64,000 bases of DNA from Bacilli bacterium (lineage in GTDB: Bacteria > Bacillota_I > Bacilli_A > RFN20 > CAG-826). Position numbers and translations under genes: made by a program. The notes below the pieces were generated by a model. It had not been told where the DNA came from. It ran no database searches and was given only the letters and a program-made list of their open reading frames with translations. The stretch spans positions 10,981 through 74,980 of the forward strand of contig JAZRYE010000011.1 of NCBI GenBank assembly GCA_045600585.1. The letters are read 5' to 3'. The stretch's first letter is position 1. Every line of letters starts with the position of its first letter. Below, in pieces: positions 8,083-19,495 of this stretch.

Positions 8083-9186
8083 ATGATAGAGAAAGAAGTA
8101 GTTAAGACATACGATGAAAGATGTGAATTATCTTTCTCTAGATATAGCAATCTTCCAAAGAAGGATTTAGATAATGAATATATCCGTCTTTGCGATCTTT
8201 TAAATGAACTCAAAAACGATAATTCAGTTGATACAGCTAACTATATTGTAAAAGTTGAAGACAACATTAGATTCGTTAAAAAGAAACTATCTTATATCAA
8301 GAGAAATAAAACAGGTTCTACATTCGATAAAATCATTAGATGGGTTTTATGGTCTATTGTCGTTGTTTATTGCTTCTCTTTATTAATTCTTCCAATTTGG
8401 ATGATTATGTCGGCATTTAAGACTCCTCTTGATTATGCGACTAACTCATTTGGATTTATTAAAGAATTTACATTCAATAACTTTGCAAACGTCTTTGAAA
8501 AGTTAAAGATTCAACCTGATGGTAAAGATGTCGAATATGGTATCTTTGAAATGCTTTTATTCTCATTAATTTATTCATTTGGTGTATCTGCATTAAGCGT
8601 TATCTTCACAACGATGATGGCGTATTGCTTAGCTAAATACAAATTCCCAGGTAATAGATTTATCTATACATTAGGTATTATTGTTATGATTGTTCCTATT
8701 ATTGGTAGTGGACCTGCAGCGATGTTATTAAAACGTCAATTAGGTATCTATGACAATATGTTCTTATTAATCTTAACTGCACCGGTTGGATGTTTCTGGG
8801 GACTTAACTTCTTACTTCTTTATGGTAACTTTAAACAATTACCATGGGACTATGCAGAAGCTGTCTTCGTCGATGGTGGTAGCCATTATAGTGCATTCTT
8901 CAAAATGTATTTACCAATGGCATTACCAACAATGATGGTTATCTTCATCTTACACTTCTTGTCATCATGGAATGATTATTCGTCATTCTTGGTATGGATG
9001 CCATCAACTCCAAACTTAGCGTATGGCTTATATTTATTCCAAGGCAAATCACGTGCCTTATATAAATCTGCTATGACAGAAATTATGGCTGGATTCACAA
9101 TGGCTATTGTTCCAACCGTTGCATTATATCTTGCTAGCCAAAAATTAATTCTCTCTAAGTTCACTGTCGGTGGTCTTAAAGGATAA
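8083..9186 (+). CDS. Carbohydrate ABC transporter permease (MalG/UgpE-like) with ~80-aa soluble N-terminal extension
   Basis: ATG 8083 after GAGG; [14 protein letters not shown] loop [14 protein letters not shown]-terminal GGLKG. Confidence 0.9.
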   Translation: MIEKEVVKTYDERCELSFSRYSNLPKKDLDNEYIRLCDLLNELKNDNSVDTANYIVKVEDNIRFVKKKLSYIKRNKTGSTFDKIIRWVLWSIVVVYCFSLLILPIWMIMSAFKTPLDYATNSFGFIKEFTFNNFANVFEKLKIQPDGKDVEYGIFEMLLFSLIYSFGVSALSVIFTTMMAYCLAKYKFPGNRFIYTLGIIVMIVPIIGSGPAAMLLKRQLGIYDNMFLLILTAPVGCFWGLNFLLLYGNFKQLPWDYAEAVFVDGGSHYSAFFKMYLPMALPTMMVIFILHFLSSWNDYSSFLVWMPSTPNLAYGLYLFQGKSRALYKSAMTEIMAGFTMAIVPTVALYLASQKLILSKFTVGGLKG

Positions 9187-9197
9187 GGAGGTTCAAT

Positions 9198-11108
9198 ATG
9201 TCAAATCTCGAACTATCACATGTTTACAAAGTCTATCCTAATGGTGTTAAAGCTGTTAATGACTTCTCAATGAATATTCAAGATAAGGAATTCATTGTTT
9301 TCGTTGGTCCTTCTGGATGTGGTAAATCCACAACTTTAAGAATGATTGCTGGCTTAGAAGAAATTACTTCTGGTGAAATTAAGATTGATGACTTAATCGT
9401 TAATGATGCTGAACCAAAAGAAAGAGATATCGCAATGGTTTTCCAAAACTATGCATTATATCCTCATATGACTGTCTATAAGAATATGGCTTTCGGCTTA
9501 AAGCTCAGACATATGCCTAAAGCTGAAATTGATAGAAGAGTTAGAGAAGCCGCTGAAATATTAGGTATTACTGATTATCTTGATAGAAAGCCAAAAGCTA
9601 TGTCAGGTGGTCAAAGACAACGTGTTGCTTTAGGTAGAGCAATTGTTCGTGAGCCTAAAGTATTCCTTTTAGATGAACCATTATCAAACTTAGATGCTAA
9701 ATTAAGAGCGACAATGAGAAGTGAAATCTCAAAGTTACATCATAAATTACAAACAACATTTATTTATGTTACTCATGACCAAGTTGAAGCTATGACTATG
9801 GGTACAAGAATTGTTGTTATGAAAGATGGCTTTGTCCAACAAATCGACACTCCAAGAAACTTATATAGATTCCCGTGTAACAAGTTCGTTGCTGGATTTA
9901 TTGGAACACCACAAATGAACTTCTTTAAAGTTACATTATTAAAAACAGGTGAATCTGTTGAAATGAACTTTATTGATGCTCCTATTAAATTTAAAGTTCC
10001 AATGGATTTATTCTCACACGTTGACCCATCTTATTTAGACGGCGTTAAGAACGTCACTTTAGGTATTAGATGTGAACACATTTCTCCTGATCCTAAAAAA
10101 TATCCATATAAAGCAAAAGTCAAAGTATCACACACTGAAGAACTTGGTGTTGATAGTCAAATCTACGCAGATTTCAATTTAGATAGAGATGATATTCTTT
10201 CTGAAAGCAGTAGTGAAACAAAAGTATTATTAAAAGCTCCTACTGGTATCAATGTCGAAATGGATCAAATCATTGAAGTTTCATTTGGTTTAGAACATAT
10301 GCAATTGTTCGATTCTGAAAGTGAAGAAAGCATCAATCCACGTTTACCTAAGTTTGTTAACGTAATTGCTAAATCTGATAAGAAAGCTATCAAAGCATTT
10401 GGTGTTTCATTCCCTCTTCCTCCTGCAATTAATTTAGAGAAGGGTGAATACGCTATGCAAATCCCTACAGAAGCTATTACATTAGGAAGTCAAGTCACAG
10501 GTATTGTTAATAGAATTGATCAAACAACTGATAAGAATATCTATACATTAAAGATTGGTAAGAACTATTTATTCGTTACTGATAACTTAGATTCTAAAGT
10601 AAAAGTTGACGATGAAGTATCTGTTGATATCGACTTAAAGAAATGTTCATTTAAAAACGAAACTGTTGAAGTTTCTGCATTAAACGAAGATAACGTCTTA
10701 GTCGGTGAAGTTATCAAGAACTTTATAATTGCTAACCACATCAATGAAAAAGGTAAACAATTCTCAAGAAAAGAAGCATATTGCTCAATTAAAATGGGTG
10801 ACGCTGAACTTCTTACTTCTCGTAGCTTAGGATTCAAATTAATCAACCTTAAGGATAATAAGATCTTTAAAGACACAGTAGAATTCCATTTCTCACCATA
10901 TTCAGTAGTTATGAGCGAAAGTGGCATTAAGTGTACATTACGTGAAATCCATGACTATGGTAAAGAATTGTTTGCTGTTGTTGCAGTAGGCGAAAAAGAT
11001 ATCATCGTTAAGATTAATAATGCTGAAGAAGCAAATTTACCATGCATTAACATTAATTTAGATGAAACACATGCTTACGATATTAAATCTGGCATTCGTC
11101 TTATCTAA
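9198..11108 (+). CDS. Sugar ABC ATPase (MalK/MsmX/UgpC-like) with long C-terminal extension
   Basis: Walker [19 protein letters not shown], signature SGGQRQR, Walker [11 protein letters not shown]; 636 aa. Confidence 0.93.
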   Translation: MSNLELSHVYKVYPNGVKAVNDFSMNIQDKEFIVFVGPSGCGKSTTLRMIAGLEEITSGEIKIDDLIVNDAEPKERDIAMVFQNYALYPHMTVYKNMAFGLKLRHMPKAEIDRRVREAAEILGITDYLDRKPKAMSGGQRQRVALGRAIVREPKVFLLDEPLSNLDAKLRATMRSEISKLHHKLQTTFIYVTHDQVEAMTMGTRIVVMKDGFVQQIDTPRNLYRFPCNKFVAGFIGTPQMNFFKVTLLKTGESVEMNFIDAPIKFKVPMDLFSHVDPSYLDGVKNVTLGIRCEHISPDPKKYPYKAKVKVSHTEELGVDSQIYADFNLDRDDILSESSSETKVLLKAPTGINVEMDQIIEVSFGLEHMQLFDSESEESINPRLPKFVNVIAKSDKKAIKAFGVSFPLPPAINLEKGEYAMQIPTEAITLGSQVTGIVNRIDQTTDKNIYTLKIGKNYLFVTDNLDSKVKVDDEVSVDIDLKKCSFKNETVEVSALNEDNVLVGEVIKNFIIANHINEKGKQFSRKEAYCSIKMGDAELLTSRSLGFKLINLKDNKIFKDTVEFHFSPYSVVMSESGIKCTLREIHDYGKELFAVVAVGEKDIIVKINNAEEANLPCININLDETHAYDIKSGIRLI

Positions 11109-11131
11109 TAAAAAATAAACAATTAAAAATT

Positions 11132-11157
11132 AGATACCCGCGCGGGTATCTTTTTTT
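11132..11157 (+). terminator. Intrinsic terminator
   Basis: Perfect palindrome AGATACCCGCGCGGGTATCT followed by a T run. Confidence 0.85.
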
Positions 11158-11191
11158 ACACTAAGTGTAATACAAAATATATAACTAATAA

Positions 11192-11218
11192 TTAGCACTC
11201 TACTTGACAGACTGCTAA
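11192..11218 (+). promoter_or_regulatory. CIRCE element 1 (HrcA operator) containing the -35 box
   Basis: TTAGCACTC-N9-GACTGCTAA; TTGACA at 11204-11209 inside the spacer; TACAAT at 11226-11231. Confidence 0.93.
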
Positions 11219-11235
11219 AATTGATTACAATATAA

Positions 11236-11262
11236 TTAGCACTCTCGAGATGAGACTGCTAA
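11236..11262 (+). promoter_or_regulatory. CIRCE element 2 (HrcA operator)
   Basis: TTAGCACTC-N9-GACTGCTAA immediately upstream of the AGGAGG RBS of clpB. Confidence 0.93.
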
Positions 11263-11280
11263 AAAAGGAGGACAAAATAT

Positions 11281-13395
11281 ATGAATCAAAATCAAGAAAT
11301 GAATTATGAAAACGATGAAAACGTCCTTCAAAAATTTGGACGTAATATTAATGATGATGTCAAGAAAGGCAAGATTGATCCAGTTATTGGACGTGATGAG
11401 GAAATTAGAAAGATTATTCAAATCCTTGCTCGTAAGACAAAAAACAATGTCATTCTTCTTGGTGAACCAGGTGTTGGTAAAACCGCAATACTTGAAGGAT
11501 TAGCAGAACGTATTGTTAAAAACGATGTCCCTAATACTTTAAAAGATAAAACGATCTATGAACTTGATATGGGAGCACTTATTGCTGGTGCAAAATATCG
11601 TGGTGAGTTTGAAGAAAGATTAAAAGCTGTATTAAATAAGATTAAAGAATCTGAAGGTAAAATCATTCTTTTTATCGATGAAATTCATCTTATCGTTGGT
11701 GCGGGTAAAACTGATGGAGCAATGGATGCAAGTAATATGCTTAAACCAATGCTTGCTCGTGGTGAAATCGATTGTATTGGTGCAACTACATTAAATGAAT
11801 ACCGTCAATACATTGAAAAAGATAGAGCCTTAGAAAGAAGATTCCAACCTGTCTTAGTTAATGAACCAACTGTAGAAGATACTATATCTATTTTAAGAGG
11901 ACTAAAAACAAGATTTGAAAGTTTCCACGGCGTAAAGATTACTGATGGAGCGTTAATAAGCGCTGCTACATTATCAAATAGATATTTAACAAGTAGATTT
12001 TTACCAGATAAGGCTATTGATTTAGTTGATGAAGCATGTGCATCAATTAAAGTTGAAATTGAATCAATGCCAACTGAATTAGATGAATTATCAAGAAAGA
12101 TTAGACAACTTGAAATTGAAAAATCTGTTATTGCTAAAGAAAAAGATGAATCTTCTTTAAAACGACTTGAAGCTTTAGAAAAAGAATTAAGTTCATTAAA
12201 AGAAGAAGAAACAAGATTAACAGAACAATGGAAAGTTGAAAAAGAATCTATTTCTAAATCTAAAGAACTTAAAAAGAAACTTGAAACAGCTAAGTTTAAT
12301 CTCGATGTCGCTTTCTCTAAAGGCGAATACGAAAAAGCTGGAGAGCTTCAATATAAAGAAATTCCATTATTAGAAAAACAATTAAAAGATTTAGATATAT
12401 CTGAAAGCGGCGAAAAGCTTGTTTCTGAAGTAGTGGATGAAGAACAAATTGCTAAAATCATCTCCCGTCAAACACATATCCCTTTAAGTAGAATTGAAAA
12501 AGGCGATAGAGAAAAGGTTCTCGATCTCAAATCAATTCTTTCTAAAAGAGTAATGGGACAAGATGAAGCATTATCATTAGTAAGTAATGCAATTCTTAGA
12601 CAAAGAGCAGGTATTAAAGACGCTAATAGACCTATTGGTAGTTTCTTATTCTTAGGACCTACAGGTGTTGGTAAAACTGAAGTAGCTAAGACTCTTGCTG
12701 AGGCATTATTCGATAGTGAATCTCATATTATTAGAATTGATATGTCTGAGTATATGGAGAAATATTCGACTTCTCGTCTTATTGGTGCCCCTCCAGGATA
12801 TGTTGGCTATGAAGAAGGCGGCCAATTAACAGAAAAAGTTAGAAGAAATCCTTATTCAATTGTCTTATTTGATGAAATTGAAAAAGCTCATCCAGAAGTA
12901 TTCAACCTATTATTACAAATGCTTGATGATGGTAGATTAACAGATTCTCAAGGTCGTGTCGTCGACTTTAAAAACACAATCATAATTATGACAAGTAATA
13001 TTGGTAGTGAATTCCTTCTTAAAGGTGAGAAAGATCAAGTAGAAACATTATTACATCAAACATTTAAACCTGAGTTCTTAAACCGTATTGATGAGATAGT
13101 TTACTTCAATCCATTAGATAAAGAATCACAAGGTAAAATTGTTGATAAAATGCTCAATCTATTATCTTCTCGACTCCAAGAAAACTATTATAATTTCTCA
13201 TTTAGTAAAGAACTTAAAGACTGGATTCTTGATAGTGCATTCTCTCCTATTTATGGAGCTAGACCAATAAAAAGATTTATCCAAAATGAAGTAGAAACTA
13301 AGGTTGCTACAGAAGTAATCGCGGGTAAAATTGATACAAAATCTAAGTATTTAGTTGATTACAAAAATGGTGAAGTTGTAATCGAAAAGATATAA
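11281..13395 (+). CDS. clpB: ClpB disaggregase lacking the N-terminal Clp-repeat domain
   Basis: Two AAA+ modules (GEPGVGKT; GPTGVGKT), [11 protein letters not shown], coiled-coil middle domain, GAPPGYVG; NBD1 begins almost at the start; 704 aa. Confidence 0.92.
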   Translation: MNQNQEMNYENDENVLQKFGRNINDDVKKGKIDPVIGRDEEIRKIIQILARKTKNNVILLGEPGVGKTAILEGLAERIVKNDVPNTLKDKTIYELDMGALIAGAKYRGEFEERLKAVLNKIKESEGKIILFIDEIHLIVGAGKTDGAMDASNMLKPMLARGEIDCIGATTLNEYRQYIEKDRALERRFQPVLVNEPTVEDTISILRGLKTRFESFHGVKITDGALISAATLSNRYLTSRFLPDKAIDLVDEACASIKVEIESMPTELDELSRKIRQLEIEKSVIAKEKDESSLKRLEALEKELSSLKEEETRLTEQWKVEKESISKSKELKKKLETAKFNLDVAFSKGEYEKAGELQYKEIPLLEKQLKDLDISESGEKLVSEVVDEEQIAKIISRQTHIPLSRIEKGDREKVLDLKSILSKRVMGQDEALSLVSNAILRQRAGIKDANRPIGSFLFLGPTGVGKTEVAKTLAEALFDSESHIIRIDMSEYMEKYSTSRLIGAPPGYVGYEEGGQLTEKVRRNPYSIVLFDEIEKAHPEVFNLLLQMLDDGRLTDSQGRVVDFKNTIIIMTSNIGSEFLLKGEKDQVETLLHQTFKPEFLNRIDEIVYFNPLDKESQGKIVDKMLNLLSSRLQENYYNFSFSKELKDWILDSAFSPIYGARPIKRFIQNEVETKVATEVIAGKIDTKSKYLVDYKNGEVVIEKI

Positions 13396-13401
13396 AAATA
13401 G

Positions 13402-13432
13402 AACCTTAACTTGAAAAATAGTTAGGGTTTTT
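13402..13432 (+). terminator. Intrinsic terminator
   Basis: AACCTTAACT-8 nt-AGTTAGGGTT then TTT. Confidence 0.7.
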
Positions 13433-13575
13433 ATTTAAAAAATAAAATATGAAAAAGTTAAAAAAACACTAAAAAATTTTTTCTTGTATGTGTATGTGTA
13501 CAAGTGTAAAATCTTACGCATATTATTATTTTTGCGAGAGTAATACATACCTCGCGTTCGAAAGGAGTTTGTAAT

Positions 13576-16500
13576 ATGCAAACAAAAACTAAACGTCTTG
13601 CCACTGTTGCAGTAGCGTTTTCAAGTTTAGCTCTTGCTCTTGGCGTTATTACATTCGGCGGAAAAGATATCCTCTTCAATAAAACAAATGCTGAAGATGC
13701 TGGTCTTATCATTTCCGGAAGTAATGGTGCCGCTGCAGCTGCCACTCTTAAAACAAGTACTGTCAGTGCAACAACTGCTTTAGGTAACGCAATTAAATTC
13801 GATTACAAAAACATGGTAGTCGTATCAGGCAAAGTCGGTACCGTTAAAGCAAAAGGTTTCTACGGTAACCGTGAACCAATTTATCAAATGACAAAGATTG
13901 TCGTTGAAAGTAATGCAGTACCAGGAGACGCTGTTCTCAAATATGGTAAAACATCTGCATGTATTGATGGTCAAGTTGACTTAGCAACAGGAGAAGTTGC
14001 TGGAATCGATGCTAACTACTTCAAAGTCGTAGCTAAGAAAGATATCACAATTGATAACATTAAAGCTACTTATGGATGTGATAACACAGAATCTGGTTTT
14101 GAAGCTTGGTATGGCGAAACTGATAATAGAAAGAACTATGAATTCGCTAAAAATTCTGATGATAGTTATATGTTTAGAGCAAAATCAGCTAGTTCTTCCC
14201 ACTATGTTGATAAATTAGTTGTCCCTGACTATTATAACGGCGCAAATGGTCATTTGCCTGTTTCAAAGATTATGAACACAGGTAGCTATGGTTTATTTGA
14301 AAAAGGATATGAAGTTAAGGATGTCTATTTCCCAGAAACCATTAATGAATTTGGTTCATACATTTGGAGTGGTACTCACGATAAAGTAACAAGCATCACT
14401 TATCCTCGTGACCTTGTTAAAACTTCTACAAGTGGTAACATCGTCCCAGTTAGCGCTTCTTTGAAAGAAATTCACTATAACTGTAAAAACTTATCTTATA
14501 CAAATACATCAAGCTATGCTTATGCAATTAATAAAGATAAACAACCTAAACTTGAAACTGTTTATGTTTCATACGATGTAGAAGCTCTTTCAAATAACTT
14601 CATGCAAAATCCTTCTACAGACCTTGAAATTCAATATGAAGGTACAACTGCTGAATGGAATGCATTAGTTGCTAATGCTGCTAATTGGAACCTCAATAAT
14701 GTCATTTGTTCTGATACTGCTGTTTCAAAAGCAACATTCCATTACGCTAATTCTTCATTAAATGGCGATGCTTCTGGATCATACGAAATCGTTAAAATCA
14801 GTGGTAAAGAAGTTGATAATCCTGGCGCTCCAATTTGGACTGGCGAAGGTACAAAAGTATTTGATGGCTGGTACACACATCCTGTTGATGGTACTAAGGT
14901 TTCATTCCCATATACATTAAATGATGATGTTGAATTATACGCACACTTTGTTGATATGCCTACTGGTTATTCATTCGATGATCCAACAGCTGTCGCAATT
15001 GGTGGCACATATGCAATCGAAACACGTGCAGATATTGGAGATAAATATTACTTCTCGTATACAGCAACTGAAGAAAAAGTCGTTATCTTTAAGACAGGTA
15101 AAGTTACATCTTCACAATCTAAGAATGACAAGATCCGCGTTTTCAACGCTGATGGCGAAAGATTAGATGATGATGCTTATAGCAATACTGCATCAAATAA
15201 CGTTAAAGATATCTCTCTAGTTTGTTATGATGATCCAACAGTTGTTAAAGTTCACTTTGCTGCAGGCGAAACTAAAGTCTTTGCTTGGTCAAGTTATGGT
15301 TTCTCAGCTGGATACTATGGTTCAACAACATTAACAGTTAGCGATGCTGCTGATACACATGAAGACTATAGATATGCCGAACCATATACAGTTGGTTCTG
15401 TTGCAACACTTACAAATATTGCTCAAGATGGCAAGTACTGGCAATCATTTACAATTCCTACTGATGGCACATATACATTTAACTTCAACGTTCCTGGTGA
15501 AGAAACAACATTCAAGAACTGTTCTTCTGAATTAGGTTATATCGAAGAAGGTGTTTGGAAATCACTTGCTTCTGGAACTAACTCAAAAGGTTCTAAATTC
15601 GTTGAATTAAAAGCGGGCGTTACATACTATATCGCATCTAGCTCATATGTTACCGAAGGTACATATCACTATAGTGTTACCGAAGGTACACCTAATGGTT
15701 ATGCAGCAAGCAATGCATTTGTAATTACTGTTGGCGGTGACGCAGTAACTAATACACAAAATACAGCATTCAACTGGAACTACTACAAGTTCGAAGTCGA
15801 AGCTGAAGGTTATTATGCATTAGAATGTTCTGCAAGCGTATATTCACAAGATTACAGCTTCAATAGCACATCATCTTCTCAATATGCAATTCTCTCTGCT
15901 AATGCAGATATGTCTAACCCAATATCAGGCTATAGAACTTTCGACAATACTGGTAGTTCTAATAATAAGGTTATTTATTATCGTTTAACCGCAGGCACAT
16001 ATTATATGAAGGCTTCTGTCTACTCCACAGCTAATACATTCAAAGTTTATGCAGTCTCTGATGCAAATATGGAAGGCTTAACAACTGCAACAGCTAAAGC
16101 AATCGAATTAACAAGTGGCGAAGATATCAATGTTTCAGGTGGTGAAAATGGTAAATTATTTAAATTTACAGTTGCATCTAATAATTGGCATGTCTTTACA
16201 GCGGCCTCTTCTGCAACAGTTAAGATTGGTACTGAATTAAAATCTTCTTACGTTATATCATTCTCTTCTTCTATTAGCATGACTAATGGTGAATTACATA
16301 AGAAATTAACTAATGGCGATACATACTATATGTATGTTAAAGGCACATCAACAGTCCACTTCGAATTAGCAGAAACTATTCAAGATGGTGAAACAAAAGA
16401 CACTGCTTGGATTTATACATTAGGCACTGAAGAAAAGACAGTTAGCAATGGTGGTAGAATTAAATCTTCTACAACATACTTCAACTTCACTGTTGAAGAA

Positions 16501-17727
16501 ACTGGTGAATACCTCGTTAACCGTGGTTCTACATCAACTTATAACTTCAAACTCTTTGATGGCACAACTCAACTCTCTGCTAAGAGCACAAGTGGTGCAA
16601 CTCAAATCTTTGATTTAACAGCTGGTAAGACTTATAGAATTGAAGCATATAGTTATGGCTTCTCTATTACAAAAGCTCAAGCTGGTTATGCAAGAACAGC
16701 TCCAATCGATATGTCAATTGCTGCTGATCAAGCTTCTGTAACATTTAACTGTGTTTTCGGTTCTAATGGCACTTGGTACAAGTTTACCGCTGCTTCTACA
16801 GCATGGTATGAATTTGCTACAACTGCTAGTGGTGTAACTGCTGAAGTATACATCGGCACTAATGCTTCTGTTGCATGTGTTGCTGGCGCTTCTGCTGGTT
16901 ATGCTAACTTAGCTGAAGGCGATGATGTCTATGTTTGCGTTAAGGGTTCAACAGGCGCAACTCCAGAATTTACAATTGCCCACCCAACAGAAGTGCACAA
17001 TGGTTTAACCATTGAAACTTCATTCATTTATGAAAACGATGAGGGTGTCGATTATATGACAACTCAAACATTAACAAGTGGTTACTACTTCTTCAAAGTT
17101 GAAGTTGAACCAAATACTGATTATGTTGTTTATGACAATTCAAGTGTTGATTTCGATATGAGTTCTATTTATAAGGGTAGTAATACCAATTCAACGATTT
17201 CATTTGCAAAACAGGCAAATGATAGAAACTCTCAAACTGACACAATTGGTGGAGAATCATTCACAATCTCTGATAAGATTGGTGGAACTAATGGCAATGA
17301 CTTCTATGCAAGATTTAATTCTGGTACAGAAACAACAATGTATCTCAAGGTCAGATTATATTCTGCTAGTGGTAATTGTAAATTATTCTTCAAATCTGCA
17401 GATGATTTCATGAATCCAGCTCCAGTTGAAGAAGGTCCTACAACTCCAGTTGGCGAATGTTCATTCGACTTTGCTGCAATTGAAAATGGCACATGGGCAG
17501 ATGAAGACTATACATATGGTTTAGATGCAAACGAAGCAAATAGAACTATTAGTTTCTATGATTTCGAAGATCAATCAACTATCTTTAGAACATATACATT
17601 TATTTCTGAAGCCGATGGTGTTTATACATTTGCTTTCAATTCCGAATCTATCACAGTCACTTTTGTTGACGAAAATACAATTCGTGTTGTTGATGGAGCA
17701 TATTACGGAACATATTATAACTATTAA
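13576..17727 (+). CDS. Large secreted/surface protein: conserved N-terminal domain, degenerate LRR segment, InlB B-repeat, tandem PPC-like beta-sandwich repeats
   Basis: Signal peptide without lipobox; FDGWY...VELYAHF (InlB-B/Flg_new); repeated G...A.....[WY]YKF....G.Y modules. Confidence 0.75.
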   Translation: MQTKTKRLATVAVAFSSLALALGVITFGGKDILFNKTNAEDAGLIISGSNGAAAAATLKTSTVSATTALGNAIKFDYKNMVVVSGKVGTVKAKGFYGNREPIYQMTKIVVESNAVPGDAVLKYGKTSACIDGQVDLATGEVAGIDANYFKVVAKKDITIDNIKATYGCDNTESGFEAWYGETDNRKNYEFAKNSDDSYMFRAKSASSSHYVDKLVVPDYYNGANGHLPVSKIMNTGSYGLFEKGYEVKDVYFPETINEFGSYIWSGTHDKVTSITYPRDLVKTSTSGNIVPVSASLKEIHYNCKNLSYTNTSSYAYAINKDKQPKLETVYVSYDVEALSNNFMQNPSTDLEIQYEGTTAEWNALVANAANWNLNNVICSDTAVSKATFHYANSSLNGDASGSYEIVKISGKEVDNPGAPIWTGEGTKVFDGWYTHPVDGTKVSFPYTLNDDVELYAHFVDMPTGYSFDDPTAVAIGGTYAIETRADIGDKYYFSYTATEEKVVIFKTGKVTSSQSKNDKIRVFNADGERLDDDAYSNTASNNVKDISLVCYDDPTVVKVHFAAGETKVFAWSSYGFSAGYYGSTTLTVSDAADTHEDYRYAEPYTVGSVATLTNIAQDGKYWQSFTIPTDGTYTFNFNVPGEETTFKNCSSELGYIEEGVWKSLASGTNSKGSKFVELKAGVTYYIASSSYVTEGTYHYSVTEGTPNGYAASNAFVITVGGDAVTNTQNTAFNWNYYKFEVEAEGYYALECSASVYSQDYSFNSTSSSQYAILSANADMSNPISGYRTFDNTGSSNNKVIYYRLTAGTYYMKASVYSTANTFKVYAVSDANMEGLTTATAKAIELTSGEDINVSGGENGKLFKFTVASNNWHVFTAASSATVKIGTELKSSYVISFSSSISMTNGELHKKLTNGDTYYMYVKGTSTVHFELAETIQDGETKDTAWIYTLGTEEKTVSNGGRIKSSTTYFNFTVEETGEYLVNRGSTSTYNFKLFDGTTQLSAKSTSGATQIFDLTAGKTYRIEAYSYGFSITKAQAGYARTAPIDMSIAADQASVTFNCVFGSNGTWYKFTAASTAWYEFATTASGVTAEVYIGTNASVACVAGASAGYANLAEGDDVYVCVKGSTGATPEFTIAHPTEVHNGLTIETSFIYENDEGVDYMTTQTLTSGYYFFKVEVEPNTDYVVYDNSSVDFDMSSIYKGSNTNSTISFAKQANDRNSQTDTIGGESFTISDKIGGTNGNDFYARFNSGTETTMYLKVRLYSASGNCKLFFKSADDFMNPAPVEEGPTTPVGECSFDFAAIENGTWADEDYTYGLDANEANRTISFYDFEDQSTIFRTYTFISEADGVYTFAFNSESITVTFVDENTIRVVDGAYYGTYYNY

Positions 17728-17748
17728 TCTAGCATCTTAATTTATATT

Positions 17749-17776
17749 AGACCGGTGGTTTTTCTATCGGTCTTTT
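17749..17776 (+). terminator. Intrinsic terminator
   Basis: AGACCGGTGG-ttttt-CTATCGGTCT then TTT. Confidence 0.75.
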
Positions 17777-17896
17777 ATTATATAAAAAACATGCGCACGT
17801 AAATTCTTTGAATTAATCAATTAAAAAAGAAGCAATTTAATAAAAATTTACATTTTTTCAAAAGTGTATATAATAAATATATATTTAAGGAGTCTT

Positions 17897-19477
17897 ATGA
17901 AAAAGTCAAAAATAGTTCTAATCGCACTCCTTGCTTCAATGGTGACTCTTGCATCATGTGGCAAAAAGGGTGATTCCAATAATTTCTCAAATGATATCAC
18001 TGAAGCAACAAGTGATGATACGTCAGATACATCCGGTGTAATTACTTCTAGTGAAGATCCTATTGATACTTTATATAACATAACAATTGTTGATAATCCT
18101 TATTTCGATATTTCAGTTACTAATTTACAAGAACTTAAAGCTACATTTGATACACCAGTCTTATTTGATGTTGTATCTAAGAATAGCGAAGCAATCTTAA
18201 GTGAAGTTAAAGTTGCATATTTTAAAGATAATAATGAAGAACTAATAACTACAACTCACCAAGGAAATACATATGGATTCTATATGCCAAAAGGTGATGT
18301 AACTATTTCTGTCACTTCATATATTCCTGAAGCTCCTGAATATAATGTAAGTGCTGAACCAAATGAATATGTTTCTATTGTATTAGACCAAACAAAAGCA
18401 AAAGAGAATGACATAGTATCATTTACTGTTAACTTACTTGATGCAACGCGAGAAATCAAATCTGTTATAGTTTTGGCAGGTAGTAATCAAATTTCTACAA
18501 ATTATGCTAATGATAAACATTCATTCGTAATGCCAAGTAGTGATGTAACAATTAGAGTTGAAACAGCATCTAATACATTCCATATCACAACAAGAAATGC
18601 ATCCAATGTATATTTCAATATTATGGGCGCTAAAGAAGAATATAAAGAAGGCGATGAAATTATCTTTACTGCTTCTGCTAAATATGGTTATTACTTGAAT
18701 GAGGTATTTGTTACCAACTCATTAGGCCAAAATATTGAATTTACAAAAGGCGAATCTTCTTACACATTTATCATGCCTAAGAGTGATGCTGTCATTGCAT
18801 TTGATGTTGAGTCTTTATATCAAACCACAAAAACTAGTGATCAATATAGTTCAATTAATATTAATGATGAGAAAGACTATTACAAAGCGGGTTCTACAAT
18901 TTCATTCACGGTCGAAGTAACAGATGGCGACTATGAATTAGATAGTGTAATAATTACAGGTTCTTCTAGAGAAGTTCCTTATCAAGAAAATAATGGTGTT
19001 TATTCATTCATTATGCCTAGTGGTAACGTAACAATTTCTACAATTTGCCATAAGAAAGCAAGCGGTGGCGATGTTGCTACTGATCCGTTTACAACAAGAA
19101 CATCATTTGCTGGTACTTGGACATATAACGATGGACGGACTCTTTATTACATGGAATTAACCGTTACATTCAATGGTGATAAGACATTATCTTGGAAATT
19201 GACTTACGACTATGATGATGAAGATTATTGGAGCATCAAGCCAATGATGGCAATTAACTCTAACGTCTCTGAAAAAGCTAGCCAAAATAATGTCAGTTAT
19301 ACATATGATTCTATCAATGATCAAATTAATGCGACAATTCACGTTAAGACATCTGATAAAGCCATGACAATTCAATTAGTTAGAACAGCAAACGCTGTCT
19401 CATCTATATATTTTACGAGTGATATGTCCGGTGATTTTTATCAATGCGGAAATCATTCATTATCAATTAAAAAATAA
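17897..19477 (+). CDS. Lipoprotein with four divergent InlB B-like repeats
   Basis: AAGGAG RBS, ATG 17897, lipobox LASC; four F.MP..[DN][VA].I modules. Confidence 0.8.
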   Translation: MKKSKIVLIALLASMVTLASCGKKGDSNNFSNDITEATSDDTSDTSGVITSSEDPIDTLYNITIVDNPYFDISVTNLQELKATFDTPVLFDVVSKNSEAILSEVKVAYFKDNNEELITTTHQGNTYGFYMPKGDVTISVTSYIPEAPEYNVSAEPNEYVSIVLDQTKAKENDIVSFTVNLLDATREIKSVIVLAGSNQISTNYANDKHSFVMPSSDVTIRVETASNTFHITTRNASNVYFNIMGAKEEYKEGDEIIFTASAKYGYYLNEVFVTNSLGQNIEFTKGESSYTFIMPKSDAVIAFDVESLYQTTKTSDQYSSININDEKDYYKAGSTISFTVEVTDGDYELDSVIITGSSREVPYQENNGVYSFIMPSGNVTISTICHKKASGGDVATDPFTTRTSFAGTWTYNDGRTLYYMELTVTFNGDKTLSWKLTYDYDDEDYWSIKPMMAINSNVSEKASQNNVSYTYDSINDQINATIHVKTSDKAMTIQLVRTANAVSSIYFTSDMSGDFYQCGNHSLSIKK

Positions 19478-19495
19478 CTTTAAGGAGGAATAGAT

